A DNA stretch of 64,000 nt, from NCBI GenBank assembly GCA_013360865.1, contig JABWAS010000003.1:681-64680 (forward strand). Direction: 5' to 3'. Both the position numbers and the translations under genes were made by a program. The notes below the pieces were generated by a model that worked only from the letters and a program-made list of their open reading frames with translations, searched no databases and was not told where the DNA came from. Numbering within the stretch: the first letter of the stretch is position 1; each line of letters opens with the position of its first letter. This document shows positions 31,085 to 40,007 of the stretch, one piece after another. This stretch comes from Candidatus Paceibacter sp. (lineage in GTDB: Bacteria; Patescibacteriota; Minisyncoccia; UBA9983).

Positions 31085-31160
31085 TGGGCGCACCAGGACT
31101 CGAATCCCGTAGAATTGGCTTTGCAAACTCACGGGACAGGCCTAGGACCCCAGAGGTATA
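31085..31160 (-). pseudogene. Degenerate copy of the tRNA-Ile 3' half with a 36-bp palindromic insertion
   Basis: tgggcgcaccaggactcgaa[36 bp]cctaggaccccagaggtata versus tRNA tgcgcgcactaggactcgaacctaggaccaccaaggtata. Confidence 0.7.
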
Positions 31161-31197
31161 TAAGATATAAAGTCGTCGCTCAAATCAAATGATTATG

Positions 31198-31273
31198 TGG
31201 TGCGCGCACTAGGACTCGAACCTAGGACCACCAAGGTATAAGCTTGGCGCTCTACCAACTGAGCTATGCGCGC
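31198..31273 (-). tRNA. tRNA-Ile(TAT)
   Basis: GCGCGCATAGCTCAGTTGGTAGAGCG-CCAAG-CTTATAC-CTTGG-TGGTC-CTAGG-TTCGAGT-CCTAG-TGCGCGC-A-CCA. Confidence 0.92.
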
Positions 31274-31330
31274 GCACCACACATCACTTGAATTTTCGCT
31301 AGACTTTATAAGCTCCGTGCTTGTGTGGAT

Positions 31331-33202
31331 TTATCCTATCTCCGCGTGGGTGTTTTCCAGAGTTTCTTTCTTCGGCCTGATTCCGTGCTTTGAGATTATA
31401 GCATTAAACTCGTCGCTTTCAATGGTCTCTTTTTCTATAAGAGTGCTGGCGATTTCTTCCAAAACAGCTTTGTGTTTGGACAAGACTTCTTTGGCCTCTT
31501 TGTGAGATTCGCTAATTATCTTCGTTATTTCCGCGTCAATTTCTTTAGCCACATCTTCGGAATAATTTTTTTCCGTGACAAATTCCTTGCCCAAAAACAC
31601 CGGTTCGCTTCGGCCGCCCCAAGCCACCGGCCCGATTTTGTCCGACATGCCGTAGCGCATCACCAAGGCTCTCGCGATTTCCGTGGCGTGTCGCAAGTCG
31701 TCGGCCGCGCCGGTCGTCAGGTCGTCAAATATCATTTTTTCCGCCGAGTATCCGCCCAGCGCCACCGCTATCTCGTCCGTAAAATGGGCCTTGGAGTAAA
31801 GATGCTTTTCCTCCAAAGGCAGTTTAAGAGTGTAACCGGCCGCTCTGCCGCGGGACACGACGGAAACTTTATGCACCGGGTCGGCGTGCTTGAGCACCGA
31901 CGAAACCAAGGCGTGGCCGGCTTCGTGGTAAGAAGCGATTTTCTTTTCCTCTCCGGTCAGGAGATGGCTTTTTCTTTCCGGTCCGAGCAGAACTTTTTCT
32001 ATGGAACGGATGAGGTCAAACTGGCCGATTTTCTTCCTTTCTTCGCGGGCGGCCAGAATCGCCGCCTCATTCATCAGGTTTTGCAAATCAGCGCCGGAGA
32101 AGCCGGGCGTTCTCTCCGCCACCAGTTCCAGATTCACGTCCTCGGCGAAGGGTTTGTTTCGGGAATGAATCGCCAATATTTCCTTTCTTTCCTTAATGTC
32201 CGGCAAATCAAGAACAACGCGCCGGTCAAATCTGCCCGGCCGCAACAACGCCGGATCCAGCACGTCTGGCCGATTGGTGGCCGCCATCACAATCACTTTT
32301 TCGTGGGGCTCAAAGCCGTCCATTTCCACCAGGATCTGATTGAGGGTTTGTTCCCTTTCGTCGTGGCCGCCACCCAAGCCCGCTCCGCGGTGCCTGCCCA
32401 CCGCGTCAATTTCGTCCACAAAGATTATCGCCGGAGCGGAACTTTTGGCCACTCGGAACAAATCCCTGACGCGGCTGGCCCCGACGCCAACAAACAGCTC
32501 CACGAACTCGGAGCCGGATACGTGGAAAAACGGGACATTGCTTTCTCCTGCCACCGCTCTGGCCAATAAAGTCTTGCCGCTACCGGGCGGTCCCATCAAG
32601 AGAACACCTTTAGGAATACGCGCGCCAATGTCCAGAAATTTTTTGGGGTTGCGCAAAAATTCAACTATTTCTTTCAACTCCTCCTTCACTTCGTGCGCTC
32701 CGGCCACGTCTTTAAACGTCACTTTTTCTTTTTTGTCGTCCGGCTCTATCACCCGCGCCTGCGTCTTGCCGAAAGAAAACGACTGCAGATTGGCGCTTTT
32801 GACCTGCCGGGCCGCCATCCAGAAAAAGAACACTATTATAAGTATCGGCAGAAGCAAAGGCAGAATGGTGCTCATCCACACCAAAAATCCGGATGGACTA
32901 CTTATGTCTATTTTTACCAAAGACAGCTGCTCTTTGGAAACGCCGTAGTTGGCCAGTGTTTCCGTCAGCGCCGTTTCCGTTTCTTTCTTGGATTCTATGA
33001 CTTTGCCGTCCTTCAGGGTCACTTCCAGATTATTGCCCTCAACTTTTATTTCCCGCACGTTGCCGGCGTTAATTTCGCCCACCAGCTGGGAAATGGGCGC
33101 CTGCTCTCTATCGGCAAACTGGCCGACGAGCAAAGAATAAAATCCCGCCATTACCATCAGGATAAGCAGGATTATTATGATGTTTTTGGAAAAAAGCTTC
33201 AT
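31331..33202 (-). CDS. ftsH: ATP-dependent zinc metalloprotease FtsH
   Basis: Two TMs, [41 protein letters not shown]. Confidence 0.98.
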   Translation of the reverse strand: MKLFSKNIIIILLILMVMAGFYSLLVGQFADREQAPISQLVGEINAGNVREIKVEGNNLEVTLKDGKVIESKKETETALTETLANYGVSKEQLSLVKIDISSPSGFLVWMSTILPLLLPILIIVFFFWMAARQVKSANLQSFSFGKTQARVIEPDDKKEKVTFKDVAGAHEVKEELKEIVEFLRNPKKFLDIGARIPKGVLLMGPPGSGKTLLARAVAGESNVPFFHVSGSEFVELFVGVGASRVRDLFRVAKSSAPAIIFVDEIDAVGRHRGAGLGGGHDEREQTLNQILVEMDGFEPHEKVIVMAATNRPDVLDPALLRPGRFDRRVVLDLPDIKERKEILAIHSRNKPFAEDVNLELVAERTPGFSGADLQNLMNEAAILAAREERKKIGQFDLIRSIEKVLLGPERKSHLLTGEEKKIASYHEAGHALVSSVLKHADPVHKVSVVSRGRAAGYTLKLPLEEKHLYSKAHFTDEIAVALGGYSAEKMIFDDLTTGAADDLRHATEIARALVMRYGMSDKIGPVAWGGRSEPVFLGKEFVTEKNYSEDVAKEIDAEITKIISESHKEAKEVLSKHKAVLEEIASTLIEKETIESDEFNAIISKHGIRPKKETLENTHAEIG

Positions 33203-33258
33203 GTTTTGATGTTTGGATTATACTATTAAAATCGCCAAAATCAACTTATAATAGGTTT

Positions 33259-33714
33259 ATGTCCGCGCTTTTGGAAAACAAGAAGGCTTATTTTGACTAT
33301 GAAATTATGGAAAAATTCCAGGCCGGTTTGGAGCTGCTTGGCTGGGAAGTTAAATCTTTAAGGAATAAACAAGGTTCGCTGGCCGGCTCCCGGGTGATAA
33401 TCCGGGGCGGCGAAGCGTTTTTAGTGGGAGCAAGCGTTTCTCCTTATCAGCCTAAAAACATCGCCAGCGGTTCCGCCAAAGCGGGAGAAGAAAACAGGAC
33501 AATAAAACTTCTGCTGACAAAAAAAGAGCTGAACTATCTGGCGGGCAAGGCGGAAGAAAAAGGGCTGACGCTCATCCCTCTTAAAATTTTTACTCTGGGC
33601 AAAAAATTGAAGCTGGAGCTCGCCCTCGTCCGCGGCAAGAAAAAATTTGAAAAACGGGAAAAAATCAAAAAAAGAGAAACGGAAAGAAATGTTAGGAGAT
33701 TGATGAAAGAGTAA
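33259..33714 (+). CDS. smpB: SsrA-binding protein
   Basis: ENKKAYFDY, AGLELLGWEVKSLR, KLLL, GKKKFEKRE. Confidence 0.96.
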   Translation: MSALLENKKAYFDYEIMEKFQAGLELLGWEVKSLRNKQGSLAGSRVIIRGGEAFLVGASVSPYQPKNIASGSAKAGEENRTIKLLLTKKELNYLAGKAEEKGLTLIPLKIFTLGKKLKLELALVRGKKKFEKREKIKKRETERNVRRLMKE

Positions 33715-33723
33715 ATTGTTTCT

Positions 33724-34092
33724 TCAATTAAAAAGATCTTGTTTTATAAACGGTTTTAGGTCTGATTTAACGAGAATTCTTTGAGTGTCAGTTTTCTTAA
33801 TTAAAGACAATAATGGGGTTGTAGAATTATCTAGATTATTATCGTCTGTAATGGAAAAACCAACATATTCAATTTTCTCTTTATTTCTGTGGCGGACCCA
33901 GTCAATCGCTGGTATCAAATCCGAATCAGAACTAACAATAACAGCAGTATCGTATTGATTATCAACTGCTCCTACTATTAAGTCAGTAGCTAATTTAACG
34001 TCTATTCCCTTTTCTCGCAATCTCTCGAATTCGATTTTCTTAACACCCATACTTAAAAGTTTTTTATAATCGACAACTCTGTTATCAATAAT
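33724..34092 (-). pseudogene. NYN (PIN-like) domain protein, 5'-truncated
   Basis: EKGIDVKLATDL, VSSDSDLIPAI; frame stays open (IIDNRVVDYKKLLS) up to the MITE; N-terminal DGxN motif absent. Confidence 0.75.
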
Positions 34093-34199
34093 AGGACTTA
34101 CGCACTTTGGCAGAATTAAGCAAAATCCATGTGCTGAATAATGATTTTAAGCCATTAGTTGCTAAGTTTTTGCTAAAAAGTGCATTTTGCGTAAGTCCT
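34093..34199. mobile_element. MITE, 107 bp, 12-bp TIRs, 6-bp target-site duplication
   Basis: aataat-AGGACTTACGCA...TGCGTAAGTCCT-aataat. Confidence 0.8.
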
Positions 34200-34445
34200 A
34201 ATAATAATTACTTTTTGTCAGACGTCAAGATAATAAAAATTTACCTGTGAAAATGCAAATCTATTGACTATAAAAAAATAAACTATAAGCTAACGGTGGG
34301 GTTTGAGAAAGATTTGGAGCCAATCGGGCAACTCACCTTGCGGATAACAAAATGAGTCTAGTAACACTTCATTTATGGGGTTAAATTACCAGGGTTATAG
34401 AGAGGTCAAGTTAAAGATTGCTTGTGACTTATCTTCTGATCTACC

Positions 34446-34478
34446 CTAGCCCGACAATATTTATTGTCGGGCTATTTT
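34446..34478. terminator. Hairpin or terminator upstream of the ssrA promoter
   Basis: TAGCCCGACAATA-tt-TATTGTCGGGCTA then TTTT. Confidence 0.65.
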
Positions 34479-34536
34479 ATTTATAATATCAAAAAATTTG
34501 ACAATCAGTCTTATTTTATAGTATTATGTTTTCGTA

Positions 34537-34886
34537 GGGGATGATCGGCCTGGACAAAGAGTACGTTTAAATCACGCAAGCCGAGTGTTCTAAAAACTCG
34601 TAAAACTTTCAGAAATCTAATTAAGCGTCAAAAACTTATTTAGCCAACCGGCGTTAGCTTACGCTTAACCCGGCGTTCCCCCGGCCCACTTCCGATAAGC
34701 CGGACGGAATGTCATTTATCGGGATAGGAAAATTTCCGCCTCAAAAATTTTCCGAAAAATTAGAGGCTCTGGATTCGGAGATTTTGATTGTTTAATACCC
34801 CGTTTCCGAAACGAACAAACAACCTAAGCTTGTAGAACTGATTTAAAACAGCTTTTTGCACGGCGGTTCGATTCCGCCCATCTCCA
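34537..34886 (+). ncRNA. ssrA: tmRNA
   Basis: 5' GGGGATG and 3' GGCGGTTCGATTCCGCC-CATCTCC-A with G3-U70; tag ORF VKNLFSQPALAYA*; TTGACA at 34498; near smpB. Confidence 0.93.
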
Positions 34887-34934
34887 TAAATAAAATGCTC
34901 CAGCTTGCCTAGGGCCATTTTTATTTATGAGCAC

Positions 34935-35012
34935 GATGAAACGGAATCGAACGGACTGACTAAATGTCAGTCCGCGGAATTTTCCATAAGAAAATTGATT
35001 CCGCCCATCTCC
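34935..35012. repeat. ssrA-associated hairpin element (inverted and direct copies of the tmRNA 3' end)
   Basis: 34997-35012 = 34870-34885; 34935-34951 is an imperfect inverted copy; internal hairpins CGGACTGAC/GTCAGTCCG and AATTTTC/GAAAATT. Confidence 0.8.
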
Positions 35013-35064
35013 GTCTATAACCAAAATGTTGTTATGCCACGATTAGTCATGCTACAATTTTTAT

Positions 35065-35643
35065 ATGAATAAACTAATTATTGGAATTATTATTATTATC
35101 GCCGTTGTCATCGGTGGTTATTTTCTTATTAATCCTCGCCCTGCCGAAAAAGAAGAGCAATCTAACGCGTTAGATTATAAAAACGCTAGTTATGTCATTG
35201 ACGGGAAAACCATCCAACTTCGTGATGGTATCGCTATTACGGAAGCAATTCCGGGCTCCGCGTCTAAAATCACGACTCGCCACTTCGGCAACGAACTAAA
35301 AACGGATCTTGACGGCGATGGACTAGAAGACATCGCGTTTATTCTCACGCAAGACAGAGGAGGCTCCGGCACGTTCTACTATGCCGTGGCCGCTCTAAAT
35401 ACTGCCCAAGGGTATATCGGCTCCGATGGATATCTGCTCGGAGATCGTATCGCGCCACAGAGCACAACGATTAGCCCGAATCCTCGCCATAAATATGTTG
35501 TTGTCTTTAACTACGCAGACAGAAAAGAAGGCGAGCCGATGACCAAACCGCCGTCTGTCGGCAAAAGCGTATATCTAAAGATAAATCCCGCCACAACGCA
35601 GTGGGGTATTGTAGTTCCGGACTTTGAAGGAGAATCGCGATAA
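35065..35643 (+). CDS. Exported hypothetical protein
   Basis: N-terminal TM, DLDGDGLED, GGSGTFYY, LGDRI. Confidence 0.8.
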   Translation: MNKLIIGIIIIIAVVIGGYFLINPRPAEKEEQSNALDYKNASYVIDGKTIQLRDGIAITEAIPGSASKITTRHFGNELKTDLDGDGLEDIAFILTQDRGGSGTFYYAVAALNTAQGYIGSDGYLLGDRIAPQSTTISPNPRHKYVVVFNYADRKEGEPMTKPPSVGKSVYLKINPATTQWGIVVPDFEGESR

Positions 35644-35671
35644 AAATCTTGCCATCTCCCTAATCGGTTTT

Positions 35672-36379
35672 TTATTTATCACTGTTCTGTATTTCCTCTT
35701 TAATCCTCTCTTCTAGTTTGTCCTCGTGGTCTCTATAATAATCCTCCACCAGAGTGGCGCTTTTATGCGCCTCGGAATATTTTTTGCCAAGCGACATTAA
35801 AAACCTTTCGCGCAACTCATGCAGAATGATAAACTTTCTTTCTTCCGGCGAAAGCACCTCGTCTATCCAAATCTCGTTTTTAGGAATAAAAGAATAAACT
35901 TTGTCATGACCGCCCTCCGCGTATTCAACCAGAAAAAAATCCCTAACCAGTTTACCGTCAACAAGCCAGATTTTAATTTTTTCCCCGCTCTCTTCTAAAA
36001 TTTTCTTTCTCACTGTTTCCAGTAATTCCTTCCTGTTTTTGGGCGCTCTGAAGTGGTTTTTATTATTCTCCGCCTCTCTTTCTTTTTTCTCAAAAAAGTC
36101 GGCTTTCTTCACGGCTTCGTCATAACCTTCCCCGACTTTTATCAAGCCCATTTCCACAAACATATGGTTTATGAAAAATTTTCTTTCCTCCGGATTGGTT
36201 TCCTCGTCAATCCACAACTCGCGCTTCGGAACAAAACTGTGGTTATAATGATGATCGTACTCGACAAAATTTTCGTTTATAACTTTCCTCACGTACTGCC
36301 CGTCCACCAACCACACGTTATAATCTCTTATTTTTTCTATCTTCTTTACGTAAATATTTTTATCTTTAGCGCCGGACAT
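35672..36379 (-). CDS. Hypothetical protein with two tandem homologous domains
   Basis: WLVDG..VR, F.PK.E.WID, PEERKF, H..E, Y.EA each occur twice. Confidence 0.8.
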   Translation of the reverse strand: MSGAKDKNIYVKKIEKIRDYNVWLVDGQYVRKVINENFVEYDHHYNHSFVPKRELWIDEETNPEERKFFINHMFVEMGLIKVGEGYDEAVKKADFFEKKEREAENNKNHFRAPKNRKELLETVRKKILEESGEKIKIWLVDGKLVRDFFLVEYAEGGHDKVYSFIPKNEIWIDEVLSPEERKFIILHELRERFLMSLGKKYSEAHKSATLVEDYYRDHEDKLEERIKEEIQNSDK

Positions 36380-36397
36380 TTTATTATAGAATCGTTG

Positions 36398-38791
36398 TTA
36401 TTTCCCCAGCTCTAATAAAATCACGCTGTAAGGACTCATTTCCAGAGTTGTTTTAAACGTTCCGTCTTTGCTTACTTCTATTTTTGTTTCTCTTTTTGAA
36501 CCCTCCAAAGAAACACGGGGGTTGTTGTTTATTTTATTTATAAATTCCGATATTTCCGGCCTGGCGCCAACGGAAAAACCGGAACGGTTGCCGTAGTAGA
36601 AAAGAGAGTCTCGAGTTTTGCTATATATACCAACGACATCCGAAATTACTTTATCTCCGACGTCGGCGCAATTCAGGCCGGCCGGAGCGCATAATCTTTT
36701 TATCTGGTCTTTAAGGCAAGATTTTTTGTCAGCCTGGCCGGCGCACAACCGCGCCGCTTTTTCAATAGTATTTATCTGATTTTCCGCGTAAAAATTTCTT
36801 AAATAATTTCTGACTTCAGCCAAGGCGGCTGCCTGAGAATCCTGATTCGCCTTCCGGACGGCCAATTCTATTTCCCCGCTTAATCCACATTCGGCGTTGC
36901 CCTTAGCCGGTTCTGTCTTTTTGTTATAGCGGCAGGCGTTGGAATTATCTTTGTCTATGACATGCGCGGTCATTCTGGCGCTTCCGGAAAAAGGAATGTT
37001 CTCAATTTCCAGCGAAACTTCTTTTTTGTTTTCCGTAGAGCCGAACAGTTCGTAAAACTTCGCCTTGTTTATCTCCGGAACGAAATAGGACAGCAAAACC
37101 CGAACCTTCTCGCCATCTCTTGTTTTTGAAGCCAGCGCGCTTATCGAATCATCGCTTTTCGCCGCGTTCAGGAGAAACGGTGTTTGATTTTCAGCTTTTC
37201 CGCCAAGCAAGGACATCATTCTCATCGCGTTATAAACCGGCTTTATCACTCCGTCGCGGCTTATGGCTCCAGGGTCCCCGGCGAATAATTCGCTATTCTG
37301 GAAGTCGTTGAAATGGAAAAAGGTCTGGCGGTCAATGCTGCCAATCATATTTTCCAAGGCATAAACATAATAAGAAGCGGTAAACTCCGTCTCGTGTTCC
37401 AGCGGCTTTTGCAGACCGGGGTCGTAATTGAACTCATCCAGTATCAAGGGCGTGTTTTGGTCAAAACCGCTTTCATCAAGCCAATCTTTAAGCGACTGGC
37501 TTATTTCAATAATCTCGTTTTTACTTCCGCGAAAATCATTCCAGCCGACGTACATATGCCACGTCACAAAACTCACCCTCAAATCTTCTTTGTCGGCGTA
37601 TTTCAGAAAATCTTTAACGACATCGTGATTCCACACCGACGAGCCCGGCCCGCCTATCTTAACCTGAGGATCGGCTTTAACGGCTCCGTTAAAGCTGTAT
37701 TTGTACAAACGCAAATACTCTTCTTCCGTCGCCGTCCAGAAGTCGTCGTTTTTAAAAACATAGTTTTGGTCGGCCTCGTTCCAAACTTCGTAAAGCAAGT
37801 CAATTCCCAATTCATTTTTGTAATGTCTGACTACGCCTTCAACCAAATTCGCCCATTCATTATAATCGCGCGGAGGAGCAATGCCCCAGTTTTCAGAACA
37901 TTCATAATTGCTACCGTTTTTCTCGCATTTGCTGCTTAAAAACTTAGGCATGCCGTATATGGTAAAAATCACGTCGGCGCCAGCCTTTTTATAAGAAAGG
38001 ATTGTCTCGTCAATATTTTTAAGTTTCAAAAAATAATCATCAAAATTTTCCGCTTCTTCGGAAACATAAGACCTTAAAACCAAACCTGTTCTGTACAACC
38101 CAGGATTATTCTCCGCGTGGAATTTGTTTCTGTAATAAGGCTGGAGATAAGTCGGACCCCATTGGGAAACATCCATTCCGGCTCTTAACACTTCCGGAAA
38201 TTCGGCTTCGCTAAGGTAATCAACGGCCACGGCGGAAGGTGCGGGCGTGCCCTCTTTAATCGCTTCAAGAAACATGGCTACTATCTTCGTGAAATTCCCC
38301 TTTTGTTCTTCGGGAAGAGCAGCCAGTATTTTGTTTATAATCTGGCGGTGAATTACTAATTTTTCCAGAAGAGCTTTTTTTATTTCCGCCGCTTCTTTTT
38401 CGTTTTTAGTGTTTTTTATGTAACCGGCGACAAATTCAGCCAGTTTTTGGTATTTTCCGACCAATAATTCCAGGCGCTGGAGCTTGTCTGCGGTAATTAG
38501 CTTTTCCATTTCGGCCAACCTTTCTTCGCCGTAATTTATTTTTTTGATAAACCTTTTTGATTTGCTGAAAGTAAATAATAGATTTATCTTTTCTGAATAA
38601 TTGTCAAAGAAATAAAATAAATCGCCAGGAACAAAACCTGCCTTTATTGTTTCCATTGAGGAAGCGGGATAATTTGGCGCCGCGTCCACATTACCCGCTT
38701 TAAACCAAAAACTGGAAACCAAAAAAATTAACAACATAAACAATGGCAATATTCCGCCCAAAATTGATTTTTTAAAAAATTTTTTAAACAT
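36398..38791 (-). CDS. Secreted GH39-like glycoside hydrolase with DUF5667-like N-terminal domain
   Basis: AGFVPGDLFYF and EERLAE (DUF5667-like); YEVWNEAD, KIGGP, TWHMY, LDEFN, KPVYNA (clan GH-A). Confidence 0.75.
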   Translation of the reverse strand: MFKKFFKKSILGGILPLFMLLIFLVSSFWFKAGNVDAAPNYPASSMETIKAGFVPGDLFYFFDNYSEKINLLFTFSKSKRFIKKINYGEERLAEMEKLITADKLQRLELLVGKYQKLAEFVAGYIKNTKNEKEAAEIKKALLEKLVIHRQIINKILAALPEEQKGNFTKIVAMFLEAIKEGTPAPSAVAVDYLSEAEFPEVLRAGMDVSQWGPTYLQPYYRNKFHAENNPGLYRTGLVLRSYVSEEAENFDDYFLKLKNIDETILSYKKAGADVIFTIYGMPKFLSSKCEKNGSNYECSENWGIAPPRDYNEWANLVEGVVRHYKNELGIDLLYEVWNEADQNYVFKNDDFWTATEEEYLRLYKYSFNGAVKADPQVKIGGPGSSVWNHDVVKDFLKYADKEDLRVSFVTWHMYVGWNDFRGSKNEIIEISQSLKDWLDESGFDQNTPLILDEFNYDPGLQKPLEHETEFTASYYVYALENMIGSIDRQTFFHFNDFQNSELFAGDPGAISRDGVIKPVYNAMRMMSLLGGKAENQTPFLLNAAKSDDSISALASKTRDGEKVRVLLSYFVPEINKAKFYELFGSTENKKEVSLEIENIPFSGSARMTAHVIDKDNSNACRYNKKTEPAKGNAECGLSGEIELAVRKANQDSQAAALAEVRNYLRNFYAENQINTIEKAARLCAGQADKKSCLKDQIKRLCAPAGLNCADVGDKVISDVVGIYSKTRDSLFYYGNRSGFSVGARPEISEFINKINNNPRVSLEGSKRETKIEVSKDGTFKTTLEMSPYSVILLELGK

Positions 38792-38896
38792 AAGTTAAAC
38801 TGATAAACAGTCTATTAATGTTTAATTAAGTTTAACACAAAAACACTCTAATTAAACATTGCCTCGATATTTCAATAATGATAACATCTTAACGAA

Positions 38897-39934
38897 ATGT
38901 TAAGCAAAATTTCAAGGAAGCAATACATTCTGCTTGTTGTTTCCTTTCTGGCTATTTTAGCCGAAAGCGGATATTTAGCCTTAAATTTTTTCCGGAATTA
39001 CGAGCTTGAAAAAGCGCTGCTTAAAACCGAGGTAGAAGATGCCCAAAACGCGCTGGCTCTGCAATCTCAAACAATAAACAACCTGATAAAAGAGCTGGAA
39101 AACATAAGAAAAGAATCCGTCAGCAACACCGAAGGTATAAGAAGAAACCTCGCCGAAGAAGCCAGAAAAAGAGAGGAGGCCGCCAGAAAACTGGAAGAAA
39201 AAATAACCCAGGCGGAAACGCGGACGCTGACAGCCCAGCAGCAGCTCCAGGCCAGAGAAGAATCAACCAACCGCAAAATTTCCGCGCTGGAAGAAAAAGT
39301 TTCCAAAAATACTTCTTACGATCTTGCTTCCATAATCTCCCAATGGCAGCCGATTATATCCATCGTCCGGTGCGATTTCCGCTACTCCGACACCGGCCGC
39401 CTTTATTACCAGACCAGCGGCTCTGGCATCGCCATCAAGTTTGACGACGCGCCCATATCCATTCTTACCAATAAGCACGTGGTGACCGACGACAACAGTT
39501 TCGGCGCCACCTCCTGCTCGGCGTCCTTTTCCGACAAGAGCGCCGTGACCGTTTCTTCCGGAGACATCAGAGTTTCCTCCAAGGGCTACGATCTAGGCTA
39601 TGTTTACATAAATAATCCGGACAGCCGCCTAAGAAGCATCACTTCCCAATTCCCCTCTTTCTGCCCCGCCAAGCCCGCTTTGGGCGATGAGATTGTGGTG
39701 CTCGGCTACCCGGTAACCGGCTCCAAAGACGGCGCCACCGCCACCGAAGGCATCATCTCCGGATTTGACGGAAAATATTTCATCACTTCGGCCAAAGTTG
39801 AGCAGGGCAATTCCGGCGGCGCGGCCATTTTGCTTAAAGACAACTGCCTGCTGGGTATCCCCACTTTCGTCCGGCTGGGCAAAGCCGAATCGCTGGCCCG
39901 AATTTTGGACATCTGGACGACGATAGAAAAATAA
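38897..39934 (+). CDS. Membrane-anchored trypsin-like serine protease with coiled-coil stalk
   Basis: SGSG, LTNKHV, YDLG, GYP, GNSGG catalytic triad. Confidence 0.88.
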   Translation: MLSKISRKQYILLVVSFLAILAESGYLALNFFRNYELEKALLKTEVEDAQNALALQSQTINNLIKELENIRKESVSNTEGIRRNLAEEARKREEAARKLEEKITQAETRTLTAQQQLQAREESTNRKISALEEKVSKNTSYDLASIISQWQPIISIVRCDFRYSDTGRLYYQTSGSGIAIKFDDAPISILTNKHVVTDDNSFGATSCSASFSDKSAVTVSSGDIRVSSKGYDLGYVYINNPDSRLRSITSQFPSFCPAKPALGDEIVVLGYPVTGSKDGATATEGIISGFDGKYFITSAKVEQGNSGGAAILLKDNCLLGIPTFVRLGKAESLARILDIWTTIEK

Positions 39935-40007
39935 CAAGGGCCTCTTTACAAACACTTAAATTTTTATTAGAATTGTTTCATAACCCTGCGGAGTCAGGGT
40001 ATATTTT

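Noticed and set aside
30863-31192. 89-aa and 64-aa ORFs between recG and tRNA-Ile
   Set aside because: No SD or motifs; they overlap the structured RNA candidate and the tRNA remnant.
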